A stretch of DNA of 64,000 bases. Origin: Longimicrobiales bacterium (GTDB lineage Bacteria; Gemmatimonadota; Gemmatimonadetes; Longimicrobiales; Gaopeijiaceae). The stretch is taken from positions 638,451 to 702,450 of the forward strand of contig CBDBCF010000002.1 of the NCBI GenBank assembly GCA_965202985.1. The letters are read 5' to 3'. The notes under the pieces are model-generated. The model was not told the DNA's origin. It did no database searches and worked only from the letters and a program-made list of their open reading frames with translations. Shown here piece by piece: positions 1 through 10,100 of the stretch. Positions within the stretch are counted from its first letter, which is position 1; every line of letters begins with the position of its first letter. The translations under genes were made by a program, and so were the position numbers.

Positions 1-53
1 CCCCGCCACCACCGACCCGCTGGCGGACCGGTAGCCCTCCGCGTCACCCCACC

Positions 54-1637
54 TCACATCCCCCAGACCGCGACCTCCGCCCCGCCCTCGGCCGTTCGGC
101 TCTCGCGGAAGACCTTGTCGGCCCAGCTGCGCTCCTCGCTGCGGTCGAAGACGACCAAGCAGCCCGCTTCGGCGTTGCAGCGGTCCATGTAGGCAGCCGT
201 TTGCTCCACGCCTTCGGCCACGGTGCGCTCCAGGCTGCGGCGGCCGTGCCGAACCTTGCACTCGACCACGTACCTGCCCGTGCGCTGGTCGCCCGGCCAC
301 AGCACCAGCAGGTCCGTCCGTCCTCGGCCCAGGCCATACTCGCGCTCGATTCGCCCGCCGCTGTTGACGACGCGCTGAAGGAACGCCTGCAACAGCAGCG
401 GTGGCCCGGCCTCCTTGTACTGGAACCGCTCCATCCAGTGCTCGGAGTGCTCCCTGAAAAACTCCTGGAAGGCGTCCAGCAACTTGTGCATCTCCAGGCC
501 GCCCTTCGCGTTCACGTACCACGCGGGATCGTGCGGAAGCTCCTCTTGGGCGATCCATGCAAGCTCGCGCGGCACCACCTCTGCGTAGATCGGGTTGGCG
601 ATCCGGACCGGCGGGTCCTGCGCCACCAGCCCCAAGTCCCGGACGTATTCCAGATCGCGTCCGGAGGACTCCGGCTTGTCCGTGCCCGCCAGCAGCGGCT
701 CCACCACGCGTCGCACCCGCCCTTCCCGCAACTTGTCCGCCAGCTGGTCCAGATGCGTCTCGCGACGCGCGACCAGCGCCTCCTGGGCCGCCACTACGTC
801 GTCCTCCTCGACCGGCCGCGAACGGTCCTCCGAACGCCCCCCGGCGAAGCACGTCTCGTGTGCCAGTGCGTTGACCAGCCAGGGCTGGCCTCGGGTGCGC
901 CGCCACACCGCCTCCTGCGCCGCTTGGGCAAACGCTTGTCCCGTCTCTTCGGTATGCTGCCCAAGAAGTTCGACGACCTCGGCGCGGGAGAAGTCGCCCA
1001 GCCGCAGCGACTTGGCCTTCACGTTGAAGGCGCTGCCCCCGGCCACCACCATGTTGGCCGAGCCCGAGCGGATTCGATAGTCCCTGACGTCGCGGACCCC
1101 GCACAGCACGACGCTCTGGGGGAACCCATCGGGCCGGAGGTGGTAGCCCGCGCGCAGCTGCCGCAGCACTGCCAGCAGAGAATCGCCCACCAGTGCGTCG
1201 ATCTCGTCGATCAGCAGAACCAGCGGCTTGTCGGTCGCCCGACTCCAGCGACTCAGTGCAATGCGCAGGGCGCTGTGTCCGCCGGCCTTGGCCAGCACGT
1301 CGGGCCACAGTTCGCCCAGGCGCGTGTCGCCCAGCGCCTCGTGGGCCGTCTCGGCCAGCTCGCTCAGGACAGTCCGGATCGCGGCTTCCACGTCTTCGCG
1401 CGCCGTCATTGCGCCCTCGACGTTGACGTAGACGCAACCGTGGTCGCCCTCGGCGTTCAGAAGGTCCCGGAGCGCCAGGAGAGCGGAGGTCTTTCCGGTC
1501 TGCCGGGGCGCGTGAAGCACGAAGTAGCGGTTTCGCGCAACGAGCCGCCGGACTTCGGCCAGGTCCACGCGGTCCAGCGGCGGAATGTGGTAGTGGTCCT
1601 CCGCGACTACCGGGCCCTCCATGTTGAACTCACGCAT
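54..1637 (-). CDS. AAA-type ATPase fused to a C-terminal PD-(D/E)XK nuclease-like domain (AAA-ATPase_like + PDDEXK_9-type architecture)
   Basis: 527-aa ORF with ATG at 1637. Walker A 'HAPRQTGKTSAL' and Walker B 'LVLLIDEIDAL' are present. The C-terminus carries 'GRTDLLV...RYVVECKV', a D...ExK nuclease signature. Confidence 0.8.
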   Translation of the reverse strand: MREFNMEGPVVAEDHYHIPPLDRVDLAEVRRLVARNRYFVLHAPRQTGKTSALLALRDLLNAEGDHGCVYVNVEGAMTAREDVEAAIRTVLSELAETAHEALGDTRLGELWPDVLAKAGGHSALRIALSRWSRATDKPLVLLIDEIDALVGDSLLAVLRQLRAGYHLRPDGFPQSVVLCGVRDVRDYRIRSGSANMVVAGGSAFNVKAKSLRLGDFSRAEVVELLGQHTEETGQAFAQAAQEAVWRRTRGQPWLVNALAHETCFAGGRSEDRSRPVEEDDVVAAQEALVARRETHLDQLADKLREGRVRRVVEPLLAGTDKPESSGRDLEYVRDLGLVAQDPPVRIANPIYAEVVPRELAWIAQEELPHDPAWYVNAKGGLEMHKLLDAFQEFFREHSEHWMERFQYKEAGPPLLLQAFLQRVVNSGGRIEREYGLGRGRTDLLVLWPGDQRTGRYVVECKVRHGRRSLERTVAEGVEQTAAYMDRCNAEAGCLVVFDRSEERSWADKVFRESRTAEGGAEVAVWGM

Positions 1638-1728
1638 TGCTACAGCACCGCCGTCGCCAGTGGGGCCGGGTCGCCGGCAGGGCCGCGACGAGCTTGGCGA
1701 CGCACCCGACCAAGCCGGCGAAGCACCG

Positions 1729-2460
1729 CTAGTGCGTGGCGTCGCTGCCCGTGAACGGGACCGCGTCCATCCGTCGGTAGATCGCCGACACGCGGCCGAC
1801 CAGCAGCAGGGACGACGACTTCACCCGGGTGGAGGCGGGCGCGGCGCCGGCAGGCGGGCGGCCGATCGCGTACAGGGACATTTCGCCGCCGTTGCGACGC
1901 AGACGATAGTAGTCGTGGACGCCGCCCACTCGGGCCGCGACGACCTCGCCGGTGGACAGCTCTTCGGCCAGCACCGGTTCGATCACCAGGAAGTCGCCGT
2001 CTTCGATCCCCGCGGCGGCGAGCCGATTGCCGGGACATCGCACCATGAAGCATCCCTTGCCCCCCACGAGCTGTCGGTCCAGGGACAGGCTCGGGGGCGC
2101 CTGTCCCCGGCGGGCGCCGGTCCGACGACCGCTGGCGGCTTCCTCCAAGTCCCGGTAGCACGGCACCGTCACCGTCTGCGGGTTCAGGTCCAGGCCCACG
2201 ATCCGCACTCCTCTGGATCGAGACGGGTCGCGCTCCAAGAACCCCTTGTCGGCCAGGGACTGAAGGTGCTCGGAGACGGTCTTGGTGCTCTTGATCCCGA
2301 ACTGTTCGCCGATCTCCCGAATCGACGGCTGGTAAGTGTGGGTGCGCAGGTAGAGCACCATGAAGTCCAGGATGTCTCGCTCGACGCCCGTCAGCCTGGG
2401 GGCGACCCGAACCGCAGCGTTTTGGGAGGTGGGGACAGCTGGCTTCGGGACGTGTCGCAT
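1729..2460 (-). CDS. LexA-like repressor (winged-HTH + S24 peptidase fold) with a degenerate catalytic dyad
   Basis: Internal ATG at 2460 (MRHVPKP...). HTH segment 'PSIREIGEQFGIKSTKTVSEHLQSLADKGFLER'. The S24-like C-terminus 'FMVRCPGNRLAAAGIEDGDFLVIEP...VVAARVGGVHDYYRLRR' aligns to E. coli LexA '[23 protein letters not shown]...VVARIDDEVTVKRLKK'. The start is uncertain: a TTG at 2529 is an alternative. Confidence 0.75.
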   Translation of the reverse strand: MRHVPKPAVPTSQNAAVRVAPRLTGVERDILDFMVLYLRTHTYQPSIREIGEQFGIKSTKTVSEHLQSLADKGFLERDPSRSRGVRIVGLDLNPQTVTVPCYRDLEEAASGRRTGARRGQAPPSLSLDRQLVGGKGCFMVRCPGNRLAAAGIEDGDFLVIEPVLAEELSTGEVVAARVGGVHDYYRLRRNGGEMSLYAIGRPPAGAAPASTRVKSSSLLLVGRVSAIYRRMDAVPFTGSDATH

Positions 2461-2500
2461 TCGGCGGGCGGAACGGGAACGGGCGAATCGGCAAGCGGGA

Positions 2501-2529
2501 ATGATACACGCCCGCTCCCCGGGGAGCAA
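2501..2529 (-). promoter_or_regulatory. Possible sigma70-type promoter for the lexA-like gene
   Basis: The minus strand reads TTGCTC (2529-2524), a 17-nt spacer, then TATCAT (2506-2501), about 40 nt upstream of ATG 2460. This is pattern match only. Confidence 0.3.
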
Positions 2530-4056
2530 TCAGTTCGACGCCTTCCGAAGCCGGGAGGCGGCCGCTTCCACCCGCCGAAGCGAGCGGTCCCGGCCCAAGA
2601 TCATCAGCACGTCCACGATTCCGGGGCTGGCGGACGCCCCCGTCAGCGCCACGCGCAACGGCTGGAAGACCTTGCCGGCACCCACGTTTCGTTCGCTGGC
2701 CAGCCCCCGCAACGCCTCCTCCAGGGGCTCCTCGCGCCAAGGAGCGCGGGCCAGCACCGCCGCGGCGTCCGTCAACAGGGCCGTGGTCCAGGCCGGGTCC
2801 CGCCGCCACGCCTTGCGGACGGCCTTGGGGTCGTAGCCTTCCAGCGGCGCCACGTAGGGGCGGGCCGCCTCCGCCATCTCGGCCAGGGTGCGGCTTCGGG
2901 GCGCCAGTGCGGCGACCATCCGCCGGAACGAGGCCTCGGGGAGGGCGGCGACGGGCGCAGGGGCGGCGGCGGACGGAGCGGACCGAGGCGGGCTGGGCGA
3001 CTCCGCCGCGAGCGCGGGCACGGGCGGCGACCCCGCAACGTGCCGGCCGTGCCCTGCCGTCCACTCGCGCAGCGCGGCGGCCAACTCCTCCGTCGTCATG
3101 CGGGCCATGTGCCGGCCGTTCAGCCAGCGGAGCTTCTCCGCGTCGAAGACGGCCCCCTTCTTGAGGACGCGATCCAGCGAGAACCGGGACACGAGCTCGT
3201 CGGGCGACAGCAGCTCTTCGTCCGTGCCGGGCGACCAGCCCAGAAGCGCCAGGAAGTTGGTCATGGCGTCGGGCAGCACGCCCTGCGCCCGGAAGGCCTC
3301 CACCGACTGGGCGCCGTGCCGCTTGGACAGGCGCCGGCCGCCGGGCGCGAGGATCATCGGCAAGTGGCCGAACGACGGCGCCGGACGTCCCCAGGCTTGG
3401 TAGAGCAGGAGCTGCTTGGGCGTGTTGGAGAGGTGGTCGTCGCCGCGGACCACATGCGTGATCGCCGCCTCCGCGTCGTCGGACGCGACGGCCAGGTTGT
3501 AGGTGGGCGAACCGTCGCTTCGCAGGATCACGAAGTCCTCGATCTCGGCGTTCTCGAAGCGCGCCGGGCCGTGCACCAAGTCGTCCCAAGCCGTCACCCC
3601 GTCGGGCACCTTGAAGCGGATCGCGCAGGGTTCGCCCGCCCGTGCCCGCCGCTCCCCCTCTTCGACTGAGACCCGCCCCGCCAGCTGCCGCGGCAGCCGC
3701 GCGACCGAGCCCTGCCCCGCCGCCACGGCCTCTGCCCGGGCCTGCGCGAACTCCGCCTGCGGGGTGAAGTCCCGGTAGGCGCGGCCCGCCCCCAGCAGCG
3801 CCAGGGCGTCCCGTCGGTGCCGCTCCGCTCCGGCCGCCTGGAAGAAGGGGCCCTCGTCCCAGTCCAGCCCCAGCCAGGCTAGCCCGTTCACGATGGCGTC
3901 CATGTGCTCGGGGCGGCTGCGGTCCCGGTCGGTGTCCTCGATGCGCAGGACGAAGGCACCCCCGTGCCTGCGGGCCAGCAGCCAGTTGAAGAGCGCCGTG
4001 CGGGCGCCGCCCACGTGCAGGGACCCCGTGGGCGAGGGGGCGAAGCGCAGCCTCAC
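2530..4056 (-). CDS. gltX: Glutamate--tRNA ligase
   Basis: The N-terminus 'VRLRFAPSPTGSLHVGGARTALFNWLLAR...VLRIEDTDRDRS' contains the HIGH region, and 'RLSKRHG' is the KMSKS-like motif. GTG 4056 overlaps the upstream stop as GTGA. 508 aa. Confidence 0.93.
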   Translation of the reverse strand: MRLRFAPSPTGSLHVGGARTALFNWLLARRHGGAFVLRIEDTDRDRSRPEHMDAIVNGLAWLGLDWDEGPFFQAAGAERHRRDALALLGAGRAYRDFTPQAEFAQARAEAVAAGQGSVARLPRQLAGRVSVEEGERRARAGEPCAIRFKVPDGVTAWDDLVHGPARFENAEIEDFVILRSDGSPTYNLAVASDDAEAAITHVVRGDDHLSNTPKQLLLYQAWGRPAPSFGHLPMILAPGGRRLSKRHGAQSVEAFRAQGVLPDAMTNFLALLGWSPGTDEELLSPDELVSRFSLDRVLKKGAVFDAEKLRWLNGRHMARMTTEELAAALREWTAGHGRHVAGSPPVPALAAESPSPPRSAPSAAAPAPVAALPEASFRRMVAALAPRSRTLAEMAEAARPYVAPLEGYDPKAVRKAWRRDPAWTTALLTDAAAVLARAPWREEPLEEALRGLASERNVGAGKVFQPLRVALTGASASPGIVDVLMILGRDRSLRRVEAAASRLRKASN

Positions 4057-7000
4057 GCCGCCGCCGCGCGCGAGCGTCTCTCCTTGTGGCGTTCGAAGAG
4101 CAGGTACAGGGCCGGGGTCGCCGTCAGCACCAGGAAGGTGGACGACAGGAGGCCGCCGATGAGGGCGTAGGCCAGGGCGTTCCAGATGTTCGAGTTGGCC
4201 GAGTCGCTGAGCAGCACCAGGGGCAGCATTCCCAGGATCGTGGTCGTGGAGGTCATGAGAATGGGCCGCACGCGCTCCACCGTGCCCTGGACGATAGCCG
4301 GCTCCAGCCCCAGGCCGCGTTCCCTTCGGATTCGGCTGACGTGGTCCACCAGCAGGATCGCGTTGTTGACGACGATGCCCCCCATCATGATGACGCCGAT
4401 CCACGCTTCGCGCGTGAAGTGGGCGTCGGTGAAGAAGAAGATCATGAAGACGCCGATGAGCGCCATGGGGACGGCCAGCAACACGCAGAGCGGCAGCAGC
4501 AGGGACTCGAAGAGGGCGGCGGTGACCATGTAGACCAGGAAGATCGAGACCAGCAGCACCAAGCGGAGCTGGGACTGCTCCTCGACCGACCAGCGCCAGC
4601 GGTCCGACTTCTTGACGGTGTAGCCGGGAGGCACCTCGGTGGCGTCGATGACCGTGTTGTGCACCAAGTCGCCCAGCTTGTAGGGACCTCGGAACTCGTA
4701 GGCCACGGACCGCTCGTACTGCTGGTCTTCCCGGTTGATGTTGGCCAGCACGTCGCGGGGCTCGATCTCGACCAGCTCGCCCAGGCGGACGGGCTGTCCG
4801 GAGGGGGTCACGACCAGGGTCTGCTCCAGCTCCAGCAGGTCCACCTCGCGGTTGCCCTCCAGCTTCACGTCGTAGCGGACCTCTTCGCCTCCGATCTTCA
4901 TCGTGCTGAGGCTGACCTGGCCCATGACAGCCGCCTGGATCTGGCCCACCAGCTGGGAAACGGTCAGGTCGTGGCGAGCCAGCAGGTCCCGCTTCACGGC
5001 GACGGCGAACTCGGACGCCTTGTCGCGCTCGTAGCCCCAGCCGCGCGAAGCGTTGGTGTCCACGTCGCGAACGCGGGGCAGTCGGGTCAGACGGCTGCCC
5101 AAGTCCTCGGCGATGTCCCGCACCTTCTCGTAGTTGTAGCCCAGCACCTGAATACGGTAGGTGGGCGCCGACCCTCCGCCCCCGTAGAACGACGGGCCGA
5201 ACCCGTACACGCGCACGTCCGCTCCCGAGAACCCCAGCGAGAAGGCGAAGAGCTGATCCTTGATCGCCACGGGCACCATCGTGTTTTCCAGCTCCTCCGG
5301 GAAGGTGACCCGCATTCGGGCACCTTCCTCTTCGACGTTGGCCGTGAACCTCTCCACCTCGGGCATCTGGCGCAGGCGCTCTTCGAAGTAGCGGGTCAGC
5401 TGGTCGGTGCGCTCCAAGTCCGAACCCCGGGGAAGTCGAATGTTGATGCTGATGTAGGTCTCCTGGCCCCAGCCCCCTCCCCAGATCCTGCCCCGCGTCA
5501 CGTACTCGTCGAACAGGTACCAGGAACCGCCCAAGGCGCCCAAGCCCAGACCCACCGTGAGCCAAGGCCAGCGCAGCGTGCGCGTGACCAAGCCTCGGTA
5601 GAAGCGCTCGTAGAAGGGGGGGCGGGCGGGCGGGTCGCCGGAGTCGGCGGAGGTCTCGCCGGGGGCGGGCGGCACGCCGGACGCGTAGGCGAAGCCCGAC
5701 GCGCGCGATCCCGATCCCAGCGTCGGAAGCAGCTTCTTGACCAGAGCCGGGATGAAGGTGAACGCCACCGCCAGCGACGCCAGCAGCGTGAGGGCGACCA
5801 CGATCGCCAGCGGCACGTAGAAGACGCGCAGCTCGTCCTGCATGTAGACGAACGGCACGAACACGATGAGCGTGGTGGCGGTGGCGGCCATGATCGGGAG
5901 GACCACGTGCGACGCGCCCTCGTGAATGGCCTCGTCGGGGGTGCGGCCCGATTGCCATCGTCGATAGACGTTCTCCAGCACCACGATGGAGTTGTCCACG
6001 ATGAGCCCGAACCCCATGGCCAGGCCCATGAGCGTGAGAAGGTTCAGGGACAGGCCCGAGAAGTAGATCAGGTTGAGCGAAATGAGGATCGAGAAGGCGA
6101 TCGTGGCGAAGACCACGACAGCGGACCGGAACGAGCGGAGGAAGAGCAGAAGGACCCCGAAGATCACGACCACCGAGACGGCGGCTCGGTTCCGCAGGTC
6201 CGACAGCTGGCGCCGGATCTGGCGGCTCTCGTCCCAGTTCAGGATGAACCGGGTGTTGGGCGGGTTCCGGAGCTTGACGGCGGCGATCCGCGCCTTGACC
6301 CCGTCGGCCACGCGCACCGTGTTGGCCCCGATCTCCTTGGTGACGTACATGCTGACCGCGGGCCGTCCGTTCACCCGGTTGTAGCCCCGAACATCCTCGT
6401 AGGTGTCCCGGACGACCGCGATGTCGGCGACCCGGACGATGCGCCCGTCCCGGCTGTTCACCACGGCGTTCCGAATGTCCTCGGCGGAGCCGGGGCGGTT
6501 GCGGATCGTGACCGTCCACTCGCGCCCGCCGTCGCGGACGCTTCCGGCCTCGCGCACCAGGTCCAGGGACCCCAGCCGACCCGCCACCGCTTGGGGCGTG
6601 ACCCGCATCGCCGCCATGAGTTCGCGGTTCAGCTCGACCTCCAAGAGGCGCTCCCGACCGCCGTAGGCCCGGACGGTGGCCACCCCCTCGACCCGGGCGA
6701 GTTCGGGGATCACCACGTCGTCCAGGTGCTGCCGCAGCGACTCCAGCGTGCGGGGACCCGTGAAGGTGTAGCTCAGCATGGGCCGTTGCGCGTCTTGGAA
6801 CGCCTCGGGCACGTACGGCTCGATCAGCACGCGCCGCACGCCCGGCGGCAGACTCTCTTCCAAGGTGGCCAGCCGCTCGGAGAGGTCCAGCCGGGCGAAG
6901 TCCATGTCGGTCTCGCGGTCGAACTCCACCGTGACCCGAGCCCGCCCCTCTTGCGACACCGACGTGACCTTCTCCACGCCCTGGACCTGCTGGATCACGG

Positions 7001-7199
7001 CCTCGACCGGCGAGGTCAGGAACGCCTCCACGGTCTCGGGCGACGCGCCCGGCCATTCGCCCGCCACGTCGAGCCGAGGCAGACGCGCGTCGGGAAGCAG
7101 CTCGACCGGGATGTTCCCCCACGCCGCGACCCCCAGGAGCGCGACCGCGAAGTAGCCCATGGCGACGGCCACGGGACGGCGGATGCTCATGCGGATCAC
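4053..7199 (-). CDS. RND efflux permease (HAE1/AcrB-MdtC-like), second of a tandem pair
   Basis: 1048-aa ORF. N-terminus 'MSIRRPVAVAMGYFAVALLG...LPDARLPRL' is followed by typical RND 12-TM/periplasmic-loop organisation. The start is GTG 7199 (GTGA overlap with the upstream stop) or ATG 7190. Confidence 0.9.
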   Translation of the reverse strand: MIRMSIRRPVAVAMGYFAVALLGVAAWGNIPVELLPDARLPRLDVAGEWPGASPETVEAFLTSPVEAVIQQVQGVEKVTSVSQEGRARVTVEFDRETDMDFARLDLSERLATLEESLPPGVRRVLIEPYVPEAFQDAQRPMLSYTFTGPRTLESLRQHLDDVVIPELARVEGVATVRAYGGRERLLEVELNRELMAAMRVTPQAVAGRLGSLDLVREAGSVRDGGREWTVTIRNRPGSAEDIRNAVVNSRDGRIVRVADIAVVRDTYEDVRGYNRVNGRPAVSMYVTKEIGANTVRVADGVKARIAAVKLRNPPNTRFILNWDESRQIRRQLSDLRNRAAVSVVVIFGVLLLFLRSFRSAVVVFATIAFSILISLNLIYFSGLSLNLLTLMGLAMGFGLIVDNSIVVLENVYRRWQSGRTPDEAIHEGASHVVLPIMAATATTLIVFVPFVYMQDELRVFYVPLAIVVALTLLASLAVAFTFIPALVKKLLPTLGSGSRASGFAYASGVPPAPGETSADSGDPPARPPFYERFYRGLVTRTLRWPWLTVGLGLGALGGSWYLFDEYVTRGRIWGGGWGQETYISINIRLPRGSDLERTDQLTRYFEERLRQMPEVERFTANVEEEGARMRVTFPEELENTMVPVAIKDQLFAFSLGFSGADVRVYGFGPSFYGGGGSAPTYRIQVLGYNYEKVRDIAEDLGSRLTRLPRVRDVDTNASRGWGYERDKASEFAVAVKRDLLARHDLTVSQLVGQIQAAVMGQVSLSTMKIGGEEVRYDVKLEGNREVDLLELEQTLVVTPSGQPVRLGELVEIEPRDVLANINREDQQYERSVAYEFRGPYKLGDLVHNTVIDATEVPPGYTVKKSDRWRWSVEEQSQLRLVLLVSIFLVYMVTAALFESLLLPLCVLLAVPMALIGVFMIFFFTDAHFTREAWIGVIMMGGIVVNNAILLVDHVSRIRRERGLGLEPAIVQGTVERVRPILMTSTTTILGMLPLVLLSDSANSNIWNALAYALIGGLLSSTFLVLTATPALYLLFERHKERRSRAAAA

Positions 7200-10100
7200 G
7201 GCGATTCCGCTTCCTTCGGCCCACCGCCCGCGATCAGCCGGCGCAGGTCTTCGACGGCGGCGTACACGACGGGGACGACGATCAGCGTCAGGGCCGTGGC
7301 CACGACCAGGCCGCCGATCACGGCCACCGCCATCGGGGCGCGCAGGTCAGCCCCCCGACCGATCCCCAGCGCCATCGGCAGAAGGCCCAGCACTGTGGTG
7401 ACGGTAGTCATGACGATCGGCCGCAGGCGCACCTCGCCCGCCCGGAGGATCGCCTCGCGAAGGCCGGCCCCCCGTGCTCGCGCCTGGTTGATGAAGTCCA
7501 CCTTCACGATGGCATCGTTGACCACGATCCCCACAAGGATCACGACTCCGATCAGACTCATCGTGTTGAGCCCCTGTCCGGCCAGCGCCAGCGCAAGGAC
7601 GGCGCCCACCAGCGCCAGCGGCACCGCCATGAGGATCGTGAACGGGTGCACGAACGACTCGAACTGGGCTGCAAGGATCATGTAGACCAGAAGCAGGGCC
7701 AAGCCGAACGCGAAGATCAAGTCGCGGAACGACCGACGCATCTCCTCGTTCTCGCCGCCCACCTCCATCCGCGTGTCCCTGGGCGGTTCCAGCCCCGCCA
7801 GGGCATCTTCGACCGCAACGATGGCGCCCGCCAAGCCGCCCGAAGCCACGTCGGCGTAGACGGTGACGACTCTTCCCTGCTCTTCGCGACGGATCTCCGC
7901 CGGCCCCACGGTTTCCCGCACGTGAACCACCTCGCGCAGCGGGACGCCGCGCACTTGAAGGCCGTCCAAGGTGGAGGCGTCGTAGCGAAGGGCGTCCGGG
8001 AGCCGCACCATGACGGCGATCTTGCGGTCGAAGTCCACGAACTCCGTGGCGCGCTTGCCCCGCATGGCGGTCTCGATCGTCTCGGCCACCTGGCGCGGCT
8101 CGAGGTCGAAGCGCGCTACGGCCTCTCGGTCGATGGAGACCTGATACTGGGGCTGGCCTCGCTCGGAGCCGATGCGAACGTTGCGCACTTCGGACACGCC
8201 TCCCAGCCGGCGCTCCACGGCCTCGGCGAAGCCGTACGCCTGGTCCAAGTCCTCTCCCAGCACGCGGACCGCGATGTCCGACTCGCTGCCTCCCAGGATC
8301 TGTCCCAGCGCCGTGGCTTGGCCCGTCTCGAACGACAGGACGCCGCCGGTGACGTTCCCCTGCACGTCGCGCGCCCGGCGGATCACCTCTTCCGTGACGG
8401 CGCCGTCGGCCAGCCTGACCTGCAACAGGGCCGTGTTGACGCCTGCGGCCTCGCCTTCGCTGCCCTGGGCGCGCACGTCGCGGCCGATGCGGCCGAAGAC
8501 GGCGGCCACCTGCGGATCGGGGAGCAGCCGCCTTTCCACGGTCTCCGCGGCTTCGGTGGTGGCTTCCAGGGACGTGCCTTCGGGCAGCTCGATCCGCACG
8601 TCGAAGGCGCCTTGGTCCACGTTGGGCAACAGGTCGCGGTCCAGAGACGCCGCCAGAACGAGGACGCCGGCGAGCGTGCCCCCGGCAGCGGCCAAGACCA
8701 CTCCCTTGCGGTCCAGCGCCGCCGCCAGACGGCCGTGGTACCAGACGGCGAAGGCGCCGAAGGCCCGGTCGAACGCGGCGAAGAGCGGCGAGAAGACGAC
8801 CTGGAGGATTCGGCCCACCGTCTCCGCCCAGAAGCGGACCAGCTGGGGCACCAGGGCCGCCGCGGTGCGAAGCAGCCACCAGGGCGCAAAGGCGATCCAG
8901 GCCGCAGCCCAGACGACCAGCCGCAACGCCGCGCGGAGCCCGTGCAGCAGCCGTGCGAAGACGCTCCGGGGCGGACGCGCGGGACGCGACCACTGCCAGA
9001 ACGCGACCGGCCACGGCGTGCGCGCGCGGTCTGGTCGGTCGGCGCGGCCGACCCGACCCGTGAAGTGGCCGGCCATGGTGGGCAGCAGGGTCAGCGCCAC
9101 CGCCAGGCTGGCCAGCAGCGAAAAGGCCACCGCCAGCGAGAGGGCGCCGAAGAGCTCGCCGGCCACGCCCTCCACGTAGATGATCGGGCCGAAGACGGAG
9201 ATCGTGGTGAGCGTCGCTGCGGTGATCGCCCCCTGCACTTCTTCGGCGCCCCGGGCCGCGGCCTCCACGATGCCCATGCCGGCTTGGCGGTGCCGGAAGA
9301 TGTTCTCCAGCACGATGATCGAGTTGTCCACCAGCATCCCGACGCCCAGCGCGAGCCCCCCCAGGCTCATGATGTTGAGCGAGACGCCGAACGCCTCCAT
9401 GAGGGCGAAGGTGCCGACCACCGAGATCGGGATCGCCAGGGCCACCGCCACCGGATAGCGCGGGTCGCGCAGGAAGAAGAAGAGCACCACGAACGCCAGC
9501 ATCCCGCCCAGGATCAGGGCTTGGACAACGTTGCTGATCGAGTCGGCGATGAAGCCGGCTTGGTTGGAGGCGATCTCCACGGTGAACTCGGGGTACTGCT
9601 CGCGCAGAAGGTCGAGCGTCTGCTGCACCGACTCGGAGACAGCCACCGTGTTCGCCCCCGACTCCTTGAAGACGAGGATCCCGACCGACTCGGCGCCGTC
9701 GTAGCGCGCGATCGCCTCGCGCTCCTCGAAGCCGTCCACCACGGCGGCCACGTCCGACAGGCGCACCAAGCGCTGCTTGGGCTCCTCGCCTTCCTCCCCG
9801 CCCCGCGACCCTGCACCGGCCCCCGGCGGGTCCGCCGGGTCGCGGCTGACCACCACGTCGCCGATCTCGGCCACAGTCTGGAACTCGCCCAGCGTTCGCA
9901 GCGGGTAGCGGTACCGGCCCCGCAGGATCGTGCCGCCCGGCGACGAGTAGTTGGCCTGGTCGAGCGCCGTGGACACCTCTTCCAAGGTGACTTGGTACGC
10001 CTCCAGCAGCGCCGGGTCCACCTCCACGTGGATCTCGCGGTCCAGCCCTCCGGTGACGGACGCCTGAGCAATGCCGTCCAGCTGCTCCAGCCGACGCCGG

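Noticed and set aside
2470-2492. GAACGGGAACGGG (minus strand CCCGTTCCCGTTC) between the putative -10 and the lexA-like start, considered as a LexA box.
   Set aside because: It is a direct repeat GTTC-N2-GTTC. It does not match the known LexA boxes I can recall (CTGT-N8-ACAG, GAAC-N4-GTTC, GTTC-N7-GTTC), and there is no second example in the window to support a motif.
2530-7224. A 1564-aa ORF spanning gltX and running on through the RND permease region. Similar giant read-through ORFs are 10583-13000, 12046-13590, 13218-14762, 14847-18032, 22755-25796, 25588-29049, 30284-34084, 39682-43896 and 53217-57518.
   Set aside because: High GC makes stop codons rare, so the frames stay open upstream of the true starts. 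Only the 3' parts have recognisable protein families, sensible signal peptides or SD/start contexts. The 5' extensions are Arg/Gly/Pro-rich and overlap better-supported genes in another frame.
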